Below are positions 9,000 to 14,764 of a stretch of 14,764 nucleotides of DNA, one piece after another. Made by a program: the position numbers and the translations under genes. A model generated the notes under the pieces. The model saw nothing but the letters and a program-made list of their open reading frames with translations. It was not told where the DNA came from and searched no databases. The DNA is from Candidatus Bipolaricaulia bacterium (GTDB lineage Bacteria > Bipolaricaulota > Bipolaricaulia > JBHIAT01). The DNA is taken from assembly GCA_046758705.1 (NCBI GenBank), contig JBHIAT010000086.1:1-14764 (forward strand), read 5' to 3'. Each line of letters opens with the position of its first letter. Positions within the stretch are counted from its first letter, which is position 1.

Positions 9000-10535
9000 T
9001 CACTCCTGTTCAGTGATCCGGATGAAGTAGTCCCGGACGACTTGCCGCAACGCTTCAGGAATCTCTCGGAACTCCAGGATCGACTCCACCTTCTCATAAT
9101 CGATCCGGTAGATGGAATCCTGTCCCTGCGGCACGGGGAGGTCATCTTCCAGAGGGACCCCCTGGGTGATCATATCCCGCTTCAGCCCGTCCTCGGAGAA
9201 GATCCCGGATACCTTGACCGGGTAGGTCCCCCGGGGTTCATTAGGTGGAGAAGTCCTCAAGGGCTCTCCCTCCCCGGTGCCCGGATCATCGGAATACCCC
9301 GGGTCCAGTCCCCGATCCCGATCCGATATGGATCCGGACTCCCTGGTCTCCCTCCCGTTCCCTTGAATGTTCGCTTCTGCTCCCGCGGCCCTTCCGTCCG
9401 TCCCATCGGCTTCCGCGGCCACCGGTTGTGCGTCCAGATCGGGGGGCGGCTGGTTCGCCGATCTGCCTCCCGGAACGTCGTTCGGTAGGAGACCCACACC
9501 GCCTGCCTGCTGCAGAGCCTGCTCGGCCTCTTGTTTCCCGGAGATATCCCTGAGTGTATCCTCAACAAGCCTCAGTTGTTGTTGGCTATCCTGAGTATCG
9601 AGCAATTGCTGAATTCTCTCCCGGAGCCGTTCGTCCGCGAGCTGTCTCTCGAGCTGACGCAAGGCGTCCCGTTGCTCCTGCGTCAACGAGTTTCCACTCC
9701 TTAGACGCCTCTCAAGTTCTGTGAGCACGTTCTGCAGGCGTTGAACCGCTTCCCGCTGTGCTTTGATTAACTGGTCGAGGTCTCCCTTATCACCGAGTAC
9801 ACTCCGATCCGCGTTCACGCTGTAGAGTTCGGCGAGCGCCCGGTTCAGTGCTTCGACTCCGCTGCCATGTGTATCCTCCCGGGGTCTCTGCACTCCTGGA
9901 GCCGTCTCATTGACTCGTTCGATGGACTCAGGCTGTGAGACTGAGGCGCCCGGTCGCTGAGTTTCGGGAAGACCCTGAAACTCAAACTCTCGATCGATTC
10001 GACCTTCCCGGCCCGGACCAACGATGCTCCGGAGTCCCCCACTCCAGCGTAGATCCCCGTAGATCATCCCGAGGAGCCCCCCACAGAAGAGGATCAGCAC
10101 AGCCAGGGTGAGGGTGCTCATCCGGTCGGCCCGAGAGGCGGAGAAGGCCGTTCGGGGATCGACCTGGAGTCTGACGACCTGTCGGGAGAGGATCCTGACG
10201 AACTCCCTATGCTCCTCCCTTCCCTCCTGCCTCAGATCGTGGAGCGTGCTCAATCTTTCGTCCAGGCCGAGTTTTCTGTCGGTATGGTAGAGCGCATCGC
10301 CGAGATCCACCCGTCTGAAGTATCCCAAACCGGCTCCGAGGAGGCCGACCAGCAGGTTGCCGATGAAGATCGCTCCCAGGTTGACCGTCTCGAAGTATCC
10401 CAGGTAGACCATCAGCAGGTAGATCAGGGTCACCATCAGGGAGACCGTCAGAGAGAAGGTCATGAAGCGAAGGCTCATCAACCGGCGGTTGCGTCGCTCA
10501 ACTCGTTCCAGGATCAGCTCAAACGGAGACTTCAT
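9000..10535 (-). CDS. Membrane protein with three TM segments, a Q/E/R-rich coiled coil, a G/P/D-rich linker and a C-terminal IPxxxRxxVRDYF motif
   Basis: Two N-terminal TMs, DRKLGLDERLSTL, a third TM, a helical QRLQNVLTELERR...QQQLRLVE stretch and the end EIPEALRQVVRDYF. Start is uncertain (10535 or 10556). Confidence 0.82.
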   Translation of the reverse strand: MKSPFELILERVERRNRRLMSLRFMTFSLTVSLMVTLIYLLMVYLGYFETVNLGAIFIGNLLVGLLGAGLGYFRRVDLGDALYHTDRKLGLDERLSTLHDLRQEGREEHREFVRILSRQVVRLQVDPRTAFSASRADRMSTLTLAVLILFCGGLLGMIYGDLRWSGGLRSIVGPGREGRIDREFEFQGLPETQRPGASVSQPESIERVNETAPGVQRPREDTHGSGVEALNRALAELYSVNADRSVLGDKGDLDQLIKAQREAVQRLQNVLTELERRLRSGNSLTQEQRDALRQLERQLADERLRERIQQLLDTQDSQQQLRLVEDTLRDISGKQEAEQALQQAGGVGLLPNDVPGGRSANQPPPDLDAQPVAAEADGTDGRAAGAEANIQGNGRETRESGSISDRDRGLDPGYSDDPGTGEGEPLRTSPPNEPRGTYPVKVSGIFSEDGLKRDMITQGVPLEDDLPVPQGQDSIYRIDYEKVESILEFREIPEALRQVVRDYFIRITEQE

Positions 10536-11229
10536 GGGCCTGATCACCGCTCTCATCGTCCATGTTACTCACCATTTTACGAATCAAAAATATCAGAAGG
10601 GCACCCACACCCGCAAATACGATGAAGCTGATTAAGATGAACCGATCGAACCCCCGCGTCAAGATCGAGGAAGCAATCAGGAACGGGTTCAGAACTTGGC
10701 CGTGGAACAAGGTGATGGTCAGATACCCGGCGAAGCCCCCGTACTTCAGCATCAACTGAGCCGATTCGGATCGGACCCGAGCACCGAGGGCGAACCCGAC
10801 CAGCGCCAAGTCGATGCCGTAGATGAACAGGTGGACAGCGCTGCCGAGAACCCGACCCAGGCCGAGGTGAGTGACCCCGTGAAAGATGATCCAGTAGGGG
10901 GCTGTCAACACCATGGCAACACCACATTGTGCCAGCAAACGCCGCAGGTACACCCGATCCCGATGAACGTCTTTCCCCCGCTCCACCCAACGGCCGATCT
11001 CTCCCTGTCCGAGGTTCAGCGCCAGGATTCCGTAGCAGAGGGCGAAGGCGTACAGGAAGACGGTCTTCAGATCGAAGCCAAACTCAAGGGTAGTCTCGAC
11101 GGTGCCGCTCGGGGGGAGCGCGATCATCAGGGGGATGACCATCAGGATGAGGAACCCAATGAACAGTGACCGGTTCTGGAGATGGATCAGGGGGATCGGT
11201 TCTTTGTTCGTTTCGATGTTGTAGCCCAT
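10519..11229 (-). CDS. Polytopic membrane protein, ABC-2 permease-like topology
   Basis: About six hydrophobic segments in 236 aa. The ATG at 11229 (MGYNIE) follows GGAGG; the alternative start is 11265. The permease assignment comes from topology and context only. Confidence 0.72.
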   Translation of the reverse strand: MGYNIETNKEPIPLIHLQNRSLFIGFLILMVIPLMIALPPSGTVETTLEFGFDLKTVFLYAFALCYGILALNLGQGEIGRWVERGKDVHRDRVYLRRLLAQCGVAMVLTAPYWIIFHGVTHLGLGRVLGSAVHLFIYGIDLALVGFALGARVRSESAQLMLKYGGFAGYLTITLFHGQVLNPFLIASSILTRGFDRFILISFIVFAGVGALLIFLIRKMVSNMDDESGDQAHEVSV

Positions 11230-11254
11230 CACTCGTGCCTCCCGAGCCTGTGAA

Positions 11255-13102
11255 TCAACCCTCATCCCTGCCTTCGATCACCGCCAGTTTGATGGCGGTG
11301 CGCTCCTCCAGATCGGAGACCGAACCGATCACGCGGCGGACTACGGCCCGTTCCCCCCCGGTCTTTGTCCCCTTCTGCTCCACGATCCAACCCAGCAGCA
11401 GCGGACCGCGATCGCCACCGTCGATCCGGACCATCCTAAGCAGCTCCCTGGCCACGCGGTTGTCCCGATCCAAGTATCCGGGACTCGAACGCTCGATCGC
11501 TCGGGTGACGCTCGATCCCGCCGCAACGGTCCCGATCCGATAGACGCGACGGCCCCTGACCAGACCGACGTCGAGAAGGTCGTAGTCACTCCGGTTATCG
11601 ACCTGGACCCACTGGTCGTTCAGAGAGAAGGTCACCGGCAGATCAACGAACCGTTCGATGTAGAAGTGCCGTCGTTGTCGCTCGTCCATCTGAATCAGAA
11701 GCCCGGTCTGGTCCGAGGTCAACAGGTACTCGAGGTCATACTGATGATCGGCACGCTCCTGGGGCAGGAGTTGGCGGATGGCTCCGTTCTCAAGGTTCAA
11801 CGTCAGATGGAGGTCGGTCTTCAACTTGGAGAACATCCCCATCCAGGTTTGCTCCAGCGCCGTTTCTCCGCCCGTGCTCCTGACGATCCCCATCTCAAGA
11901 ATCTTCACCGGCTTTGAGAATCTCGGTTGGTGGACATACCACAGCAGAATTGACGAAATAATGATCAGCCACGGGAAGACCGCCCAGGTGTAATAACGGG
12001 AACGGGAGGTGCTTCGGGTCCGGGCGATCAGCCAACCCAACATGCTGAACCCAGCGATATACACGATCAGGAGACCGCCGATATGGACCCGGGATGGCTG
12101 TCGGAGTTCGAGCTGGTTCAGCGGCATGAAGGCTGGGTTCTCGTTGAAATCCAGCGCGATCTCCATTTCCAGATCTCGACCGTCTTCGGCGTTACCCTGA
12201 GACAGGGAGAGGGCGTTCCAGAGAGCCTCCAGCCCCCTCGCATCCGGGGTGGAGAGGGAGAGCGGGTTGACCGTGGCGAACAGGATCCGGCCGCTACCAA
12301 ACCGGCCCCGTACCAGGATTGGATGTCCCCCTTCACGTTCTACTTCAGAGAGCAACACCGTCGCATCCTGTTTGGGGTGTCCGATGGTGATCGGATATCC
12401 CGACTCGATCTCGGTCAAACCCGTCACGGTGAACGGGGCCAGCGCGTCGATCAGCGGGGACCGTTGGAAGTACCAGTTGTCCCCGGAGAGGACGACCAGT
12501 TCCCCACCACCCGCCACCCATTGTCTCAATGCTTCTTGCTGCGCCGACGACAGGGCAGACAGGAGCAGGCGGCCCAGGTAGATGCGCCCGACGCTCTCGT
12601 AGGCGCTCCACTCCTCAGGCATCCGATCAGGTCCGACCGTCTCGACCCACTCTCCGGTAGGCAGTACCGTGGGAAACGACACCTCGCTCAGAGCCAGCGT
12701 CAGCTCGCTGCGCTCGTATCGGTCCCGCAACTCAATCTTCTGCTCAGCGATCGTGCCCATCTCATCGTGGAGAGTGACCGAGATCGGGTAGATGAACCCA
12801 CGGACCGGGAAGTTGAAATGGAAGACTTTGCGCGCGTTGAACTCCAGGGAGACCTCCCGGGACATCGCTTCACTCACGCCCCCCCGCCACGGACTTTCGA
12901 GTGTCTGGGAGACGGTGAGCCAGCCGTGGATGGGAGGTCCGTGGTTGACCAGCCGCACCCGAATGGGCGTGACCCGATCAGGGACGTACTTCCCGTTGAA
13001 CCCGATCTCTACCTGCAGCTCGACCCGGCCATACGCAACACCAGCCGTAAGCGTATACAGGAGTGCGACAAACAGGGTCGGTTTCCAGAAGAGTCTTCCC
13101 AA
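11255..13102 (-). CDS. Exported/membrane protein with N-terminal Ig-like region, GATase-like domain and internal TM pair
   Basis: 615 aa with signal peptide, VEIGFNGKYVPDRVTPIRVRLVNHG, LSSAQQEALRQWVAGGGELVVLSG, GRFGSGRILF and two TMs. TTG start with GGAGG upstream at 13116-13120. Confidence 0.85.
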   Translation of the reverse strand: MGRLFWKPTLFVALLYTLTAGVAYGRVELQVEIGFNGKYVPDRVTPIRVRLVNHGPPIHGWLTVSQTLESPWRGGVSEAMSREVSLEFNARKVFHFNFPVRGFIYPISVTLHDEMGTIAEQKIELRDRYERSELTLALSEVSFPTVLPTGEWVETVGPDRMPEEWSAYESVGRIYLGRLLLSALSSAQQEALRQWVAGGGELVVLSGDNWYFQRSPLIDALAPFTVTGLTEIESGYPITIGHPKQDATVLLSEVEREGGHPILVRGRFGSGRILFATVNPLSLSTPDARGLEALWNALSLSQGNAEDGRDLEMEIALDFNENPAFMPLNQLELRQPSRVHIGGLLIVYIAGFSMLGWLIARTRSTSRSRYYTWAVFPWLIIISSILLWYVHQPRFSKPVKILEMGIVRSTGGETALEQTWMGMFSKLKTDLHLTLNLENGAIRQLLPQERADHQYDLEYLLTSDQTGLLIQMDERQRRHFYIERFVDLPVTFSLNDQWVQVDNRSDYDLLDVGLVRGRRVYRIGTVAAGSSVTRAIERSSPGYLDRDNRVARELLRMVRIDGGDRGPLLLGWIVEQKGTKTGGERAVVRRVIGSVSDLEERTAIKLAVIEGRDEG

Positions 13103-13128
13103 TGGTAACCTTCTACCTCCTATATATT

Positions 13129-13158
13129 AGTATACCACCGTTTCAGCGACTTCATCAA
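13129..13158 (-). promoter_or_regulatory. Putative sigma70 promoter with extended -10 for the MoxR/VWA operon
   Basis: Minus strand TTGATG (13158-13153), an 18-nt spacer ending TGG, then TATACT (13134-13129), giving TGnTATACT just upstream of AGGAGG. Confidence 0.65.
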
Positions 13159-13211
13159 CGTATGCAATACCATCCTTCCCTTCCCTCCAAGCGATTTCCA
13201 TCGACGCGATA

Positions 13212-13364
13212 TCAGGTCGCTCCTTTACCGCCGAAGACGGCAACCTGCATGAACGCCCGCTGGAGGAAAACGAATAGCACCCACGGGGGCAACAGATAGA
13301 ACAATGACAGGGCGGCTAACACCCCAAAATCGATGACTTCGGTGGCGATCAGGCCCTGGATCAG
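13212..13364 (-). pseudogene. C-terminal remnant of a carbohydrate ABC transporter permease (MalG-type)
   Basis: Not in the ORF track. Manual translation gives LIQGLIATEVIDFGVLAALSLFYLLPPWVLFVFLQRAFMQVAVFGGKGAT*, matching the last TM and tail of MalG-type permeases. No convincing start of its own was found. Confidence 0.75.
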
Positions 13365-13386
13365 GTTGTTAGTACTAGGTTTGAGT

Positions 13387-14247
13387 TCATTGCCCGGCCC
13401 GCAACTTTAAGTCCCACTGCTGGCGTTCGAGCACCCGTTGATAGGTAGGGATACCGAGCGTTCCCTCGGCTTCTACAGAAAAGGAAGCGACACAATGGGC
13501 GAAATCCAACGCCGCCAGGGGATCCCCTGTCCTGTGGTAATGTAACAGAAAAGAGGTGGCGAACACATCGCCTGCACCTGTCGGATCGATCTCCTGGGTA
13601 GGATAGGCACGGGAATCGATCTCTCGTCCCTCGGCAAACAGCAATGCACCGTTCGCACCTCGGGTCAGGATGACGATCGGGGTGAGCGCGATATAACGTT
13701 CGAGTTCCCCAGGATAAGCCGCAATGTCCTCCTCGCTCATGACCAGAATATCCACATGCGTGAGAAATGCTTCGGCCTCCTCCCACCATCTGGGAAGCAC
13801 ACGACCATCCGCGTCCCACCGACGCATCCAGCCCTGCGGTGTAGCACCCACCAGCGAGCCGTTCAAACAGGTGACCACAGAGATATCCACTTCGTTTACA
13901 ACGGGACAGAGGTAAACAATATCCGCAGTTTGCCAGTCCTCCGGTATGTGTTCGGCCATCAAAGGTGTGGCGACCCCCAACAGCATCTGTGTGCGATGTC
14001 CCTGGACATCGTATTGATTGTCGAAAATGGTGGTAGATGCTGAGAGGATCGGGTGGATCTCAACCTCCTGCAGAAGTGGATCATGCGGATTGAAATCCGG
14101 TCCCACCGACGTGACTACCCGGGGGGAAGCCCCGAGGTTCCGTGCCGTGATCGCCGAGTACGCTGCTGCGCCGCCGATGATCATCCCGTGCGAGGTGACA
14201 TCGTGAGTGAAATGTCCTACAGCCAGATAGTTGGTATATTGAAACAA
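13387..14247 (-). CDS. PfkB/ribokinase family carbohydrate kinase, myo-inositol-kinase-like
   Basis: VGHFTHD...GGAAAYSA, TPQGWMR, ILTRGANGA and IDPTGAGDVFA (PfkB signature). The start is revised to TTG 14247, 7 nt after AAGGAG. Codons upstream of it in the track ORF belong to the upstream remnant. Confidence 0.9.
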   Translation of the reverse strand: MFQYTNYLAVGHFTHDVTSHGMIIGGAAAYSAITARNLGASPRVVTSVGPDFNPHDPLLQEVEIHPILSASTTIFDNQYDVQGHRTQMLLGVATPLMAEHIPEDWQTADIVYLCPVVNEVDISVVTCLNGSLVGATPQGWMRRWDADGRVLPRWWEEAEAFLTHVDILVMSEEDIAAYPGELERYIALTPIVILTRGANGALLFAEGREIDSRAYPTQEIDPTGAGDVFATSFLLHYHRTGDPLAALDFAHCVASFSVEAEGTLGIPTYQRVLERQQWDLKLRAGQ

Positions 14248-14269
14248 GATGGTTCTCCTTGATCTTGAT

Positions 14270-14393
14270 AGCTGAGAGCCCATGAGGACCACTTCGGTGA
14301 TCCCAATCTGTTTTCAGGTTCCGTCAACGTGCGTTCAAGCAGGGGGACACCGCAGATCCGTTCCCAGGAGGGCTGGATGATGACGGCCTTCAT
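14270..14393 (-). pseudogene. N-terminal remnant of a degenerate nucleotidyltransferase-like protein (possibly an NTP-transferase/CDP-alcohol phosphotransferase fusion)
   Basis: ATG 14393 overlaps the upstream stop (ATGA). Removing single extra bases at about 14324 and 14311 gives MKAVIIQPSWERICGVPLLERTLRNLKQIGITEVVLMG. The sequence then breaks off before the pfkB RBS. Confidence 0.65.
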
Positions 14394-14638
14394 CCTAGCG
14401 ATGCGTGTTGCTTCTCGATCCATTCCAGGTCTTCAGGGGTATCGATATCTCCCCAGAAGGTTTCCGATACGTCGATGCCCCAGAACGGTTCTCCCCAGAT
14501 GAGTCAATCCGGGTTCACCTCAGCCAGTCTGTTGATGACGTGCTTCAAGATCGGCTGGCCTGACAACTTAATTAACGGCTTAGGTGACTTCCCGTGCATC
14601 CTCGTCCCATCCCCCGCGGCCAGGATCACAAAGTCCAC
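14390..14638 (-). pseudogene. Sugar-phosphate nucleotidyltransferase (IPCT/LicC-like), internally deleted with an in-frame stop
   Basis: GGAGGTG RBS and GTG 14638 give MDFVILAAGDGTRMHGKSPKPLIKLSGQPILKHVINRLAEVNPD* (TGA at 14506-14504). The same frame continues LIWGEPFWGIDVSETFWGDIDTPEDLEWIEKQHASLG*. Both terminal motifs (LAAGxGTRM...PKPL and WxDIDTPEDL) lie within 83 codons. Confidence 0.85.
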
Positions 14639-14764
14639 CTTGGCTCACCTCCTCTTCTCCTTGCCATTGTTACATAAAAAACAGTGAAGCTTATGCGGTT
14701 AAGTGTCCCCTATACTCTCGGTTCGCTAACTTTCCTGAGCAAAAACGAAATTTGTTCAGGCGCT

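Noticed and set aside
13127..13201. Small minus-strand ORF MEIAWREGKDGIAYVDEVAETVVY
   Set aside because: It is only 24 codons, has no properly spaced RBS, overlaps the predicted promoter and shows no recognisable similarity.
14504..14506. In-frame TGA as selenocysteine or readthrough in the nucleotidyltransferase
   Set aside because: Readthrough gives only 82 aa with the core missing, the position is not a known Cys site, and no convincing SECIS hairpin was seen.
14650..14764. Promoter for the sugar operon
   Set aside because: The region is AT-rich and a promoter is plausible, but no well-spaced -35/-10 pair could be identified.

Overview
A GC-rich bacterial window with three blocks. (1) + strand, 1-2419: a sigma70-type promoter and a secreted M16B peptidase pair. 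The first (catalytic-type) gene is a pseudogene with a frameshift, no HXXEH motif and apparent internal deletions, while the second (R/Y-type) gene is open. (2) - strand, 2652-13102: an intact seven-gene operon encoding a membrane protein with a GATase-like domain, a multi-TM permease-like protein, a TM/coiled-coil protein, a MoxR AAA+ ATPase, DUF58, BatA-VWA and a double-VWA/GATase-like protein. A GTAG-type REP palindrome overlaps the moxR stop. (3) - strand, 13212-14638: a collapsed sugar operon in which an intact PfkB kinase (myo-inositol-kinase-like) lies among remnants the ORF track does not resolve: two nucleotidyltransferase-like fragments and the C-terminus of a MalG-type ABC permease. 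The most notable observations are genes that keep their ends but have lost their middles, a possible inositol uptake/kinase/cytidylyltransferase pathway in decay, and a single CRISPR-repeat-like sequence ending ATTGAAAC at 2428-2464. All family calls come from motif recognition by eye; no searches were run.
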